Source of the DNA: a virus
Taxonomy: Duplodnaviria; Caudoviricetes
IMG/VR virus record: IMGVR_UViG_3300048597_000294
Location: 1 to 61,851 of that record
Length of the DNA stretch: 61,851 bases
Strand: one strand, 5' to 3'
The translations under genes were made by a program, and so were the position numbers. The notes under the pieces were generated by a model. That model searched no databases. It saw only the letters and a program-made list of their open reading frames with translations, and was not told where the DNA came from. Position 1 is the first letter of the stretch, and every line of letters begins with the position of its first letter. Below are positions 47,697 to 57,029 of this stretch, piece by piece.

Positions 47697-48053
47697 ATGA
47701 GCAAGAGCAGTGGCAAACCGTCGGGTGCGTCCTCGATCCCGGACACCGTGAGGCACAAGGCGTGCGAGGCACTTGCCATCATGGGCATCGATGCTCGGTT
47801 CGAGCCCGATGGGAAGACTCTGAGATTCCGTTGCCCTTGCGGCTGCGGACGCATCGGCGGCACTTGGATCGGAGCTTCCGACCGGCTTCTAGGGCTTGGC
47901 GCGAGCGGGGACGCCATGGTCGTGCATTCGCTCGCCAGCGCCCTATGCGGGAACGTCTCTCGCCTGACCCTCGCACCACACGCCCACGCGCCCATGTCGA
48001 CCGAGATCGACGTCGCAGCGTTCGAGGCGCTCACGCCGTTCCGTCTCGCCTGA
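47697..48053 (+). CDS. Hypothetical protein (CPCGC)
   Basis: AAGGAG RBS, ATG 47697. Confidence 0.6.
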   Translation: MSKSSGKPSGASSIPDTVRHKACEALAIMGIDARFEPDGKTLRFRCPCGCGRIGGTWIGASDRLLGLGASGDAMVVHSLASALCGNVSRLTLAPHAHAPMSTEIDVAAFEALTPFRLA

Positions 48054-48061
48054 TCGACCCC

Positions 48062-48295
48062 ATGCCCGCCCGAGTCCTCGTCGACGCCACCCTGGGCAAC
48101 CCCACGCGCGCGCGCTACGCCTGCACGTCGTGCTCCCAGCTCGTGTACCTCGACCAGATCGATCGCCCGAACCCCGTCACGTTCGCCGACTACGTCCTAC
48201 GCCGGGACTGCCCACGCAAGCCGCGGTGCCAGCCGTGGAAGGATAGGGGCTGCGTGTTCGTGACACTCGATCCACGCCCCGCCGCGTCGACGTAA
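48062..48295 (+). CDS. Small Cys-rich protein
   Basis: CTSC...CP..PRC. Confidence 0.5.
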   Translation: MPARVLVDATLGNPTRARYACTSCSQLVYLDQIDRPNPVTFADYVLRRDCPRKPRCQPWKDRGCVFVTLDPRPAAST

Positions 48296-48299
48296 CCCC

Positions 48300-48989
48300 A
48301 TGCAGCTACCAAACCCCATGCGTTCTCCGGAGAAGCCCGCAGACCCCCGGTCAGCCCGAATCAAGTGCGCGGGCCAGAAGAAGCGCGGCGGGCCCTGCGG
48401 ATCCTGGGCCCTCCACGGTGAGGCCAAGTGCCGGATGCACCTGGGCAAGAAGCCCGGCACGCACGGCGGGCGACCGCTCGTCAACGGCATCCGTTCCTCC
48501 CTCCCGCAGCGGCTCCGCGAGCGCGCCGACGCGGCGGCAGCGGACGAGCGCCTCACCGACCTGCGCGAGCTGATCGCAGTCCTCTCCGCCCTCGTGCAGA
48601 CCGTCGCCTCGCGCATCGAGGAGGGGGACACGCCGGAATTCCGCCGCCGCGCGCTCGAGCTGGTCGACGACATGGTGTCGAAGAAGGGCCAGCCCGACGG
48701 CGAAGCTGGCAAGGCTCTGCACGCGTTGATCACGCACATTCGCACCGGACACTCCGACGTGCTGGCCGAAGCACTCCTGTGGGACCGCATCGAGCGCATG
48801 GGCAAGCGCGTCGAGGAGCTGAAGAAGATCGAGCTCTCCGCCAAGAACGCGATCAGCATCGACGAGCAGACGAAGCAGTGGGTGCGTGTGCTCTCCATCC
48901 TCGAGCGTCTCATCCCCGCCGAACTCTTCCCGACGGTGCGCGACGGCCTCGCGCGCGAAGTGCTGCCACCGGCTACGTCGCTGAACTAG
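48300..48989 (+). CDS. terS: Terminase small subunit
   Basis: C....K.GGPC.........CRMH zinc knuckle plus helices, directly upstream of TerL. Confidence 0.7.
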   Translation: MQLPNPMRSPEKPADPRSARIKCAGQKKRGGPCGSWALHGEAKCRMHLGKKPGTHGGRPLVNGIRSSLPQRLRERADAAAADERLTDLRELIAVLSALVQTVASRIEEGDTPEFRRRALELVDDMVSKKGQPDGEAGKALHALITHIRTGHSDVLAEALLWDRIERMGKRVEELKKIELSAKNAISIDEQTKQWVRVLSILERLIPAELFPTVRDGLAREVLPPATSLN

Positions 48990-48998
48990 GATCGGGGC

Positions 48999-50735
48999 GT
49001 GATCGAACGTGTCCCCTGGTCTCCCGCATTCGCCAACGCGTTCGCGGCCGCGCACGCAAAGGCGGTCGAGGCGGTACGCGATCGCGGGATGATGGAGCGC
49101 CTTCGGGCGGACCTGCTGAAACTCCGAGACCGCCCTTTGCCGTTCGTGCGCGAGTGGCTCGGCGGGCAGACGTGGAGCGCGCCCCGTGGAATCCTGCGCG
49201 CGGTGCACAAGCACAAGCGCGTCGCCGTGTGCGGCTGCCGCAAGTCCACGAAGAGCCACACGGCGTGCTACGCGGGCCTGAGCTTCTTCTGCACAGGGCC
49301 CTGCCGGGTGATCGTGACGGGCTCGACCTACTCTCAGGTCCGCGAGAACATCTTCGCCCGCATGCGCAAGATGCACGCCGCCTCGAGGAAGATCCTGCCC
49401 GGTCGCGCCGGGGTGACGTCGTTCCGAATGGAGCACGACGCCAACTGGTTCATGATCGGGATCTCGACCAACAAGCCCGGCTACATCCAGGGCTTCCACG
49501 GGGACATCCACCTCGACCCCGCGCTCGAGTTCGACGACCAGTGGGTGGACGAGGACTCGCTGCTCGCTCCCGACCCGCGCGCCCTGGACCTCGACCTCGC
49601 GCTGGCCGAGCAGGCCGAGAAGGATCCGGAGGGCACACTCGACCGGCAACTGTGGGAAGCGAAAAAGGTACGGGCGCGCCTCTTCCTCATCCTCGACGAG
49701 TCGGCCGAGATGCGCGCGCCGATCATCGAGACGCTCGAGGGCTCGTTGATGGGCGACGACGCCTACGCCCTCCAACAGTTCAACCCGACGTTCATGCCGG
49801 AGAGCGACCATCCGGCCGCGCGCGCGCTGCTTCCAGGCTCGCAATGGCACCGCATCCACATCGCTGGCCGCGAGCCTCCGGAGGGAACGCACGGGCCCGC
49901 TGCCGGCGAACCAGAAGCGAAGTTTGACGAGTGCTACCACGGCATCCCGACGTCGATCATGGATGACGCGTGGGTCGCTGGGCGCATCGCCGACCCGTCG
50001 TGGGGACCGACCGGCGCCATGACCATGTGCCATGTCTACGGCCTGCCCGCCGGCGTTGACGCGGAGCGCCAGTTCATCCCGCCGCGCCTGATCCGCATCG
50101 AGCCGGAGCTCGCGGTCTCGGGCGAGCTCGACGACCGCCACATCGGGATCGACGTGGGTGCGTCCGACGGCGGCGACCCGTCCGTCGCAACGCTGTGGGT
50201 CGGCGGAATGCTCGCGGCCCAGGTCGCGTGGCAGACGCACAACACCATGGCGACCGTGGGCAAGATCCTCGAGCTGCGCCGCAAGTGGGGCGTCGGTGGT
50301 GAACCGGTTCTCGCGCGCAACGTGCACGTCGACCGCACGGGCGTTGGGCACGGCGTCGTGGACCGCCTGATCGAGATGGGGCACTGGGTCGACGGGATCG
50401 ACTTCGGCAAGGGGCCGCGCTACGCGCACGTGGCGCTGACCGGAGGCCTGCGCTTCGCCAACCTCAAGTCGGAGCTGTTCTGGGTGTTCCGCCGCCTGCT
50501 CGAGGAGCAGCAAGTCTGCGTCCCCAGCACGTACCACAAGACCCGCGAGCAATCCGGCTGGTACACCTACAAGTTCTCGGTGAAGATGGGGGAGACGGTG
50601 ATCGCGGTGAAAGAGGACAAGCCCACGATCAAGACGACGTTTGGCAAGTCGCCGGACCACTTCGAGTCGGCCGCGATCGGCCTCGCGCGCGGCGGTGCGA
50701 GCTACTCCTCGATCACGCTGGTCGACAGCCTCTGA
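48999..50735 (+). CDS. terL: Terminase large subunit
   Basis: Variant Walker A GCRKSTKS, QGFH, LILDES, FNP, GIDVG..GGD, VDRTGVG.GV.D, KSPD. Confidence 0.9.
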   Translation: MIERVPWSPAFANAFAAAHAKAVEAVRDRGMMERLRADLLKLRDRPLPFVREWLGGQTWSAPRGILRAVHKHKRVAVCGCRKSTKSHTACYAGLSFFCTGPCRVIVTGSTYSQVRENIFARMRKMHAASRKILPGRAGVTSFRMEHDANWFMIGISTNKPGYIQGFHGDIHLDPALEFDDQWVDEDSLLAPDPRALDLDLALAEQAEKDPEGTLDRQLWEAKKVRARLFLILDESAEMRAPIIETLEGSLMGDDAYALQQFNPTFMPESDHPAARALLPGSQWHRIHIAGREPPEGTHGPAAGEPEAKFDECYHGIPTSIMDDAWVAGRIADPSWGPTGAMTMCHVYGLPAGVDAERQFIPPRLIRIEPELAVSGELDDRHIGIDVGASDGGDPSVATLWVGGMLAAQVAWQTHNTMATVGKILELRRKWGVGGEPVLARNVHVDRTGVGHGVVDRLIEMGHWVDGIDFGKGPRYAHVALTGGLRFANLKSELFWVFRRLLEEQQVCVPSTYHKTREQSGWYTYKFSVKMGETVIAVKEDKPTIKTTFGKSPDHFESAAIGLARGGASYSSITLVDSL

Positions 50736-50983
50736 TGAAGGCCAGCGACTACGACGACAAGGAGCTGGCGCTGCTCATGACGCTCCAGGCGCTCCATGCC
50801 GGGAAGCTCGACTGCGACCCGGTCGCACGCGACAACGCGCTGATCCTGCTCTCGGGCAAGGGATGGGTGACGGTCAGGCGCCCGGACGACCCACCGGATG
50901 CGCCTGCGACCTGGGCCGTAACACGGGCGGGAGCGCGTGAAATCGCCCTGTTGAAAAGGTCGAGGCCGCCCTGGCTGCTGTGA
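50735..50983 (+). CDS. Small winged-helix-like protein
   Basis: L..KGWV......WAVTRAG; TGATG coupling to terL. Confidence 0.5.
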   Translation: MKASDYDDKELALLMTLQALHAGKLDCDPVARDNALILLSGKGWVTVRRPDDPPDAPATWAVTRAGAREIALLKRSRPPWLL

Positions 50984-51149
50984 GGCGCCGCATCTCCAGG
51001 TCCAGCTCGGCGCGCTCCACGCTGACCTCGCGCAGGTAGGTCGACGGTTCGCGATCGCTGAGCCGCGCCGCGCGCGCGATCGAGTCGAATTGCTCGAAGC
51101 TCATCCGGACGCGGATGATCTCTTTCAGCTTCCCCTTGCGCTCGGCCAC
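50874..51149 (-). CDS. Ribbon-helix-helix DNA-binding protein, divergent from portal
   Basis: GGAGG RBS; IIRVRMSFEQFDSIARAARLSDREPSTYLREVSV. Confidence 0.75.
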   Translation of the reverse strand: MAERKGKLKEIIRVRMSFEQFDSIARAARLSDREPSTYLREVSVERAELDLEMRRLTAARAASTFSTGRFHALPPVLRPRSQAHPVGRPGA

Positions 51150-51164
51150 AGCCTCGGCCTCCCT

Positions 51165-51204
51165 GTCCTACAACGCCGCCCAGTCCTTGCGCCGAGCATA
51201 GGCT
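51165..51204 (+). promoter_or_regulatory. Putative late promoter (GTCCTACAACG plus TAGGCT), leaderless for portal
   Basis: -10 ends 6 nt before portal GTG 51211. Confidence 0.65.
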
Positions 51205-51210
51205 CCGCGC

Positions 51211-53754
51211 GTGACTCGTACCAAGCCCGAAGCTCGGCGCGCGCCGAACAAGACCGCGAAGCAGGCGCAGTCGTTCCCGCACCTGAACCTGCGCAGCAAC
51301 GTCGCGCAGTCCGATGGCTACGAGGTCACGAGCCTCGACAGCTACATCGCGCGCTCGTTCGGCGCGGCCGCGGTGCCGACGCTGTTCTCGATCGCGCCGA
51401 AGACCGCTGGCAAGCGCGAGCCGGACGTCCCGTTCATCGACAACTGGACCGTGTTCGCGTGCCTCCGCGCGCTCGAGCAAGGCGTCGCCGGCGTGCGATT
51501 GCGCGTGTGGGAGAGTGCCGACCCGAAGGCGAGGGAGGTCGGTGAAGACCACCCGCTGGTCAAGCTGCTGCGCAAGCCCAACCGCTCGCAGTCGTGGTCC
51601 CAGCTCGCCGCGGCGGGCATCGTCCACCGCCGGCTGACGGGCGAGGACTTCTGGTTCCTGATGGACGCTGCGGGCAAGCCCGCGGCTCCGATGATCGAGG
51701 GCCAGAGCCCGACGACGCTCGTCCCGCCGGTTCCGTTCGACTACCCGTCGCAGATCGTCTCGGTGAGCGGCGGCGCGACCGTCAGCGACCAGCGCGACAA
51801 CCTCGGTCGCGTCGCGACATGGCAGTACGGCAGCGCGAAGGGCAGCTCCGCGATCTTCCCGCGCCACAGCGTCGTCCACTTCAAGGACTACAACCCGGCC
51901 GACCCCGAGCGGGGTCTGGGTGCCGTCGCCGTCGCCGATCGCCAGATCCGCATCGCGTTCCAGGCCGAGCGGTACATGGACTCGATGCTCCGCGGCGGAG
52001 GTCCCGGCGCGTTCGCGATCCGCGAAGACCCGATCGACCCGAAGGAGCACGCCCGTCAGCAGCGCGAACTCAACTCGATGTCGCGTGATCCCGAGGCCCC
52101 GGGGCAGACGAAGCTCCTGCAGGGCAAGTGGACGATCACGGCGAACCCGGCCTCGACGAAGAACCTCGGCGTCTTCGATCAGCTCCGCTGGTCGCGCGAC
52201 GTCATCGCGACGCTGCTCCAGGTCCCGCTCCCGGTCATCAACGTCCTGGAGAACGCGACCTACGCGAACGGCCAGGAGTCGTGGCGCCAGTTCTTCCTCG
52301 GCATCGCGGCCTACCTCGTTGGCGTGGCCGACGTCATCAACTCGCAGTTCCTGCCCAACCTGAAGGACCCGCAGGCGCAGAAGTTCCGGGTGTCGTTCGC
52401 GATCGACGAGATCGAGTCGCTCAAGAAGGACAACGTCGAGCGCTACAAGGCGGCGGCGGAGATGTCGCGCCCGCCGTCGACGATCTCGTTCGAGGAGGCG
52501 TGCGAGATCCTCGACTTGCCGATCCGCCCCACGAAGTTCGGCAAGCACGTCCTCGTTTCGTCGACTCTCGTGCCCATCGAGTACCTGCTCGAGGACCCTG
52601 CCGGGGCTTCGGGCGCCGTGGATCCGTCGAAGGATGCAGCCGTCGCCGCGCTGCCTGGCGGGACTGCGGTTCAGGACCAGGCCATGAACGGCGCGCAGAC
52701 GGCGTCGTTGCTCGAGATCCTGGGCGCCGTTTCAGAGGGCAAGCTGACCCCCGATGGAGCGGTCGCCGTCATCGTGGTCGCCTTCCCGGCGATCTCCGAG
52801 GAGGAGGCCCGGCGCATGGTCGACGGCGTCAACGAGAAGCCGCCCGAGCCCACGCCGACGCCCGCAGACCCGAAGGTCGACCCTAAGAAGGACTTCGACG
52901 CGACCGAACGCGCGGCCCTGTTCGGCCACCTCGAGCCGCTGGGCGAGGCGGCGCGCAAGGAGTACGCCCGCTCCTTCGAGCAGCGAATCCTGCGCAAGGG
53001 CGATCGCGCGATCTACGCGGGCGCCAAGAAGTGGTTCGCCCAGATCCAGCGAGCCACCCTCGCGCGCTGGCAGGCCTTCGCCAACGAGGCGGGGAAGTCC
53101 CTCGCCGGCGCGACGAAGTCCACCGAGACGGAGATCGAGCTGCTCCTGATCGAGCGGCGCACCAAATGGGAGCAGCTCCTCGCCGACTACACGGGTCCGG
53201 CCATCGACCAGGTCTACGAGCTGTCCCTGAACGACGCGGCGGACGAGTTCGGCGGGATCTCCATCCCCATGACGGACGTGCGCGTGCAGGAAGCGCTGCG
53301 CACGCAGAAGCTCGCCCTGTCGGAAGGCGTCACCTCGACGGTTTCGAACCGCGTCAAGAAGGTCATCCTCGACGTGCTGGGCGATCCGGCCACGATCGGT
53401 GATCTGCAGCTCGCCGTGCGCGAGTACCTGCCCGAGCTGACCGACGAGCTGAACCGCGTCTTCGGCACCAAGGAGGCGCGCGCCCTCACGATCGCGCGTA
53501 CGGAGTCGGGGCACGCCGCCAGCTCGGCCAAGTTCCTCCAGTACGGAGAGATGGGCGCCGAGCGCCTGCAGTGGGTCACGGCGCACGACGACCACGTGCG
53601 GGATTCGCACCGGGAACTCGACGGAACAGTCGTGTCCTACAACGCCGAGTTCGCTTCCGGGCTCCGATACCCTCGCGACTCGAACGGGCCCGCAGACGAG
53701 GTCATCAACTGCCGGTGCACGTTCATCGGCCTGTTCCCCGAGGAAGAACCTTGA
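51211..53754 (+). CDS. HK97-type portal fused to MuF-like minor head domain
   Basis: HPLVKLL.KPN, VVHFK..NP...RG; C-terminal IARTE..W....D..VR.SH..LDG..VINCRC. Confidence 0.9.
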   Translation: MTRTKPEARRAPNKTAKQAQSFPHLNLRSNVAQSDGYEVTSLDSYIARSFGAAAVPTLFSIAPKTAGKREPDVPFIDNWTVFACLRALEQGVAGVRLRVWESADPKAREVGEDHPLVKLLRKPNRSQSWSQLAAAGIVHRRLTGEDFWFLMDAAGKPAAPMIEGQSPTTLVPPVPFDYPSQIVSVSGGATVSDQRDNLGRVATWQYGSAKGSSAIFPRHSVVHFKDYNPADPERGLGAVAVADRQIRIAFQAERYMDSMLRGGGPGAFAIREDPIDPKEHARQQRELNSMSRDPEAPGQTKLLQGKWTITANPASTKNLGVFDQLRWSRDVIATLLQVPLPVINVLENATYANGQESWRQFFLGIAAYLVGVADVINSQFLPNLKDPQAQKFRVSFAIDEIESLKKDNVERYKAAAEMSRPPSTISFEEACEILDLPIRPTKFGKHVLVSSTLVPIEYLLEDPAGASGAVDPSKDAAVAALPGGTAVQDQAMNGAQTASLLEILGAVSEGKLTPDGAVAVIVVAFPAISEEEARRMVDGVNEKPPEPTPTPADPKVDPKKDFDATERAALFGHLEPLGEAARKEYARSFEQRILRKGDRAIYAGAKKWFAQIQRATLARWQAFANEAGKSLAGATKSTETEIELLLIERRTKWEQLLADYTGPAIDQVYELSLNDAADEFGGISIPMTDVRVQEALRTQKLALSEGVTSTVSNRVKKVILDVLGDPATIGDLQLAVREYLPELTDELNRVFGTKEARALTIARTESGHAASSAKFLQYGEMGAERLQWVTAHDDHVRDSHRELDGTVVSYNAEFASGLRYPRDSNGPADEVINCRCTFIGLFPEEEP
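53634..53673 (+). promoter_or_regulatory. Putative internal late promoter (GTCCTACAACG plus TACCCT) for protease-capsid
   Basis: Inside the portal 3' end, identical spacing to the other copies. Confidence 0.55.
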
Positions 53755-54791
53755 CCACCGTCATCGACAAGCAGTCGGAGCTGAGGACGCTCGCGCGAGC
53801 GATCTTCGCCGGTGTCGCCACGCAAGAGGACCTCGCGCGCGTCAAGGCCGAGGAGGTCTACGCGATCAAGTCCGACACGTCGGAGCCGCGCCGCTCCCTG
53901 CACGTGTTCGGCAAGGCCGAGAAGGGCAAGGGCGAGCGCACGCGCCGCTTCATCGCCAGCACCGAACGCGTCGACCGCCAGGGCGACATCATTCGCGTCA
54001 AGGGCTGGGACCTCTCCGACTTCAAGCAGAACCCCGTGGCGCTGTGGTGCCACATGTCCCGCGATCTGCCGCTCGGACTCGTCTCGGAGTTCGTGAAGGA
54101 CACCAAGGCAGACACCCCCGCGCTCGTGGAGTCGATCGATTTCCACGAGCCGGACCTCTACCCGTTCGCCGACCAGGTCTTGCGCTTCATCGACGCGGGC
54201 GGGATCCGCGCGACGTCGGTGGGGTACATCCCGCTCGCGGGCGGCGTGAAGTACCCGGCCACGCCCGAGGAGCGCGACGCGCTCGGCCTCGGACCGTGGG
54301 GCGTCGAGTACACGAAGGTCTCGCAGCTCGAGCTCTCGGTGTGCCCCGTGCCCGCGCAAGCCGACGCGCTGGGCGTGAAGGACATCGAGAAGGCGCTGGG
54401 CGATCTCGTGCGCGAGAAGAAGCTCACCGCCGCTCAGGCCAAGTCGCTGCTCGAAGCCGCCGCCGAACCGACCGTGTTCGCGCTGGGCGGCATCGGCAAG
54501 GACGGCGAAGAAGAACACGAGGAGGACGAGCACAAGCCGTCCGCCCTCGACAAGACGCTCGAGCTGCTCAACGCGACGCTCGAAGCCGTCAACCGAACGC
54601 TCGATGCGAACAGCGCGCTGCAGGGGCGCGTGGACCAACTCGAGCGGGACCTCGCGGACCTCAAGAAGAAGTCCGCCGCGCCGGGCACCAGTCGCGAGCC
54701 CGAATCGCAGCCCGCCACCAGCGACACGCGCGCCAACGCGCCCGAGGACTTCTACGCGAAGGCCCTCGGCGACGTGGTCGCGAAGCTCTGA
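53751..54791 (+). CDS. HK97-type prohead protease with scaffold-like tail
   Basis: ASTERVDRQGD, NPVALWCH, TSVGY, ELSVCPVPA. Confidence 0.9.
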   Translation: MTTVIDKQSELRTLARAIFAGVATQEDLARVKAEEVYAIKSDTSEPRRSLHVFGKAEKGKGERTRRFIASTERVDRQGDIIRVKGWDLSDFKQNPVALWCHMSRDLPLGLVSEFVKDTKADTPALVESIDFHEPDLYPFADQVLRFIDAGGIRATSVGYIPLAGGVKYPATPEERDALGLGPWGVEYTKVSQLELSVCPVPAQADALGVKDIEKALGDLVREKKLTAAQAKSLLEAAAEPTVFALGGIGKDGEEEHEEDEHKPSALDKTLELLNATLEAVNRTLDANSALQGRVDQLERDLADLKKKSAAPGTSREPESQPATSDTRANAPEDFYAKALGDVVAKL

Positions 54792-54824
54792 AACGCCCAC
54801 GCCAACCCTGCACGGAGTACGCAC

Positions 54825-56039
54825 ATGACCGCCACGCTCACGCCCGAACAGATGACCGAGAACCTCCTCGCGCGAGTGAAGGAGATCGTGTCGACGTCCA
54901 ACACCGAGACCATCGCGAAGATGAAGGCCGACCAGGAGGCGTTCGCCGCCTCGTTCAAGGCCGACATGCTCGCCGCGCAGGCGAAGCACGTCGTCTCGGG
55001 CCTCGACCCCAAGTCCAAGGAGGTCAAGGAGTACTCGGTGATGCGCCTCATCAAGGGCGCGCAGGCCGCCAACAAGCGCGGCGACATCGCGATGAAGGAG
55101 ATCTGCCCGATGGAGTTCGAGCTCCACGAGGCGACCCTCAAGCAGATGAAGGACATGAACGCGAGCACGGATAGCCTGGGCGGCTACCTCGTGCCGGCGC
55201 AGGTCATGCAGGCCAACATCCTGCCGCTGATGCAGGAAGCGCTGATCCTGCAGTCCCTCGGCGTGACGTTCATGGACGGCCTCTCCGGTTCTCCGGTCGA
55301 GATCCCGAAGGACACCGGCGCGCTGACGGGCTTCTGGGTCAACCACGACACCACGTCGAGCCCGAGCGCCGTCACGTCGAGCGACTCGTCGTTCGGCCAG
55401 ATCAAGATGACGCCGAAGACGGCCGCCGCGCGCACGGTGCTGTCGGATCGCCTCATCAACCAGTCGACGCCGGCGGCCGAGGGCATCATCCGCACGAAGA
55501 TCGCCCGCGACCTGAACCTGCTCATCGAGATCGCCGCGATCAACGGTACGGGCGCCGACGGTCAACCGCGCGGCCTCCTGCAGACGGACGGCATCGACAC
55601 GTCGGTGTCGGTGGGCAGCGTCTCGGCCGCGACGTCGTACGACAAGTTCATCGACATGATCGTGGCCCTGTTCACGAACACGAAGGGCAACGTCATGAGC
55701 CCGAAGTGGCTCATGGACCGCACCACGTGGGGCTCCCTGATGAAGGTCAAGGACCCGACGGACAACACCCAACCGAAGGCCCGTCGCCTGCTGACGGCCG
55801 CGCCGGAGAAGTACCTGATCGGCTACGAGTACGTCGCGAGCGGCAACGCGCCGGCGTCGACCCTCGTGCTGGGCGACTGGTCGAACATGATCGTCGGTCG
55901 CTGGGGTGGCCTCGTGATCAAGGTCGACTCCCTCTCGGTCCTCGGCCGCCTGCAGACGCAGGTGCTCGCCTCGACGGAACTCGACACCCAGGTGTCGTAC
56001 GGCCAGTCCTTCGTCAAGGGCACGAGCGTCTCGGCCTGA
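54825..56039 (+). CDS. Major capsid protein (HK97 fold)
   Basis: GGYLVP, INGTG..GQPRGL, WLM, LGDWS. Confidence 0.93.
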   Translation: MTATLTPEQMTENLLARVKEIVSTSNTETIAKMKADQEAFAASFKADMLAAQAKHVVSGLDPKSKEVKEYSVMRLIKGAQAANKRGDIAMKEICPMEFELHEATLKQMKDMNASTDSLGGYLVPAQVMQANILPLMQEALILQSLGVTFMDGLSGSPVEIPKDTGALTGFWVNHDTTSSPSAVTSSDSSFGQIKMTPKTAAARTVLSDRLINQSTPAAEGIIRTKIARDLNLLIEIAAINGTGADGQPRGLLQTDGIDTSVSVGSVSAATSYDKFIDMIVALFTNTKGNVMSPKWLMDRTTWGSLMKVKDPTDNTQPKARRLLTAAPEKYLIGYEYVASGNAPASTLVLGDWSNMIVGRWGGLVIKVDSLSVLGRLQTQVLASTELDTQVSYGQSFVKGTSVSA

Positions 56040-56054
56040 TCCAGGAACGGCAAT

Positions 56055-56082
56055 GCCCGACCGCGCTTCGGTGCGGTCGGGC
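56055..56082 (+). other. Stable cUUCGg hairpin after capsid gene (mRNA stabiliser or U-less terminator)
   Basis: GCCCGACCGCGC-TTCG-GTGCGGTCGGGC. Confidence 0.65.
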
Positions 56083-56129
56083 GCCACACATCCACCACCA
56101 GCACACGACCCCTTCGGAGATCTCGGAAC

Positions 56130-56561
56130 ATGGAAGGCAACCCGAACACCTGCACCAAGACCGTGCAGGCCATCAAGAGCGCGGCGCACGCCGCGACCGT
56201 CACGCCCTCGACCGGCATCGACTGCCGCGGCTGGGACGAGCTGCTCATCGTCATCAACGCGGGCACGTGCGTCGGCGCGGGCTCCGCGACGGTCACGATC
56301 CAGGAGTCGTCGGCCTCGGACGGAACGGGCGACGCGTTCGCCACGATCGGCACGTTCACGGCCATCACGACCGCGAACGACGACGCGATCCACGTCGGCC
56401 GCATCAAGCTCTCGCAGCGCAACCGCTACATCCGCGCGGTGCTGACCTACGCGGGCAACGGCTCGACGGAAGTCACGCCGATCGGCATCGCGTTCGTGCT
56501 CATGGGCCCGCGCGACACCGCGCTCGCCACCGACACGTTCGTCGTCAACACCGACAACTGA
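56130..56561 (+). CDS. Capsid cement/decoration protein (Bbp16-like jelly roll)
   Basis: GID..G...L.VIN.G...TVTIQES...RYIR after MCP. Confidence 0.7.
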   Translation: MEGNPNTCTKTVQAIKSAAHAATVTPSTGIDCRGWDELLIVINAGTCVGAGSATVTIQESSASDGTGDAFATIGTFTAITTANDDAIHVGRIKLSQRNRYIRAVLTYAGNGSTEVTPIGIAFVLMGPRDTALATDTFVVNTDN

Positions 56562-56594
56562 TCCCGCAAGGGCTCGGCTCGATCGAACGCCATT

Positions 56595-56633
56595 CGGGCC
56601 GGGGCGTCCAGCGCGCTCCGGCCCGTTCTCTTC
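56595..56633 (+). terminator. Terminator-like hairpin
   Basis: CGGGCCGGGGCG...CGCTCCGGCCCG followed by TTCTCTT. Confidence 0.55.
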
Positions 56634-56653
56634 ACCAGGAACCGAGAACCGCC

Positions 56654-57028
56654 ATGCCCCAGATCCACATCGTCGCCCCCGGCTACTACCTGCACTTGCC
56701 CGCCAACGTGGACGAGTTCCGCGGTTGCTGGCTGCGCCCCGGTGGGGTGCTGGACCTCGAAGACCCCTACATCGCCGACGCGGTGAAGGGCCAGGAATAC
56801 AAGCTCGTGCCGGCCGGCGAAGGGGATCCGCAGACGCCGGACCCGCTGCCCAACGAGCGCATGCGCATCGTGCGCGAGCAGTTCCTTGGCACCTACAAGG
56901 CGCCGAAGACCGACGAGGAAGAGATCACGGAGCGTGCCGAGAACGCGGCGCGCGACGAGCAGTTGACCGACGACATCCCCGAGCCGGTGCTGACGCTCCC
57001 TCGGGCCAAGGGAAAGAAGGGCAAGTGA
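56654..57028 (+). CDS. Hypothetical head-associated protein
   Basis: ATG 56654, position in head operon. Confidence 0.65.
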   Translation: MPQIHIVAPGYYLHLPANVDEFRGCWLRPGGVLDLEDPYIADAVKGQEYKLVPAGEGDPQTPDPLPNERMRIVREQFLGTYKAPKTDEEEITERAENAARDEQLTDDIPEPVLTLPRAKGKKGK

Positions 57029-57029
57029 C

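Noticed and set aside
48195-48205. GTCCTACGCCG and other partial GTCCTAC matches in coding regions as late boxes
   Set aside because: Partial matches inside genes; for the 48195 copy no TAnnnT hexamer lies at the expected distance, and the others were not convincing
49500-49675. Intein in TerL
   Set aside because: Too short, with no C/S start or HN-C/S/T end
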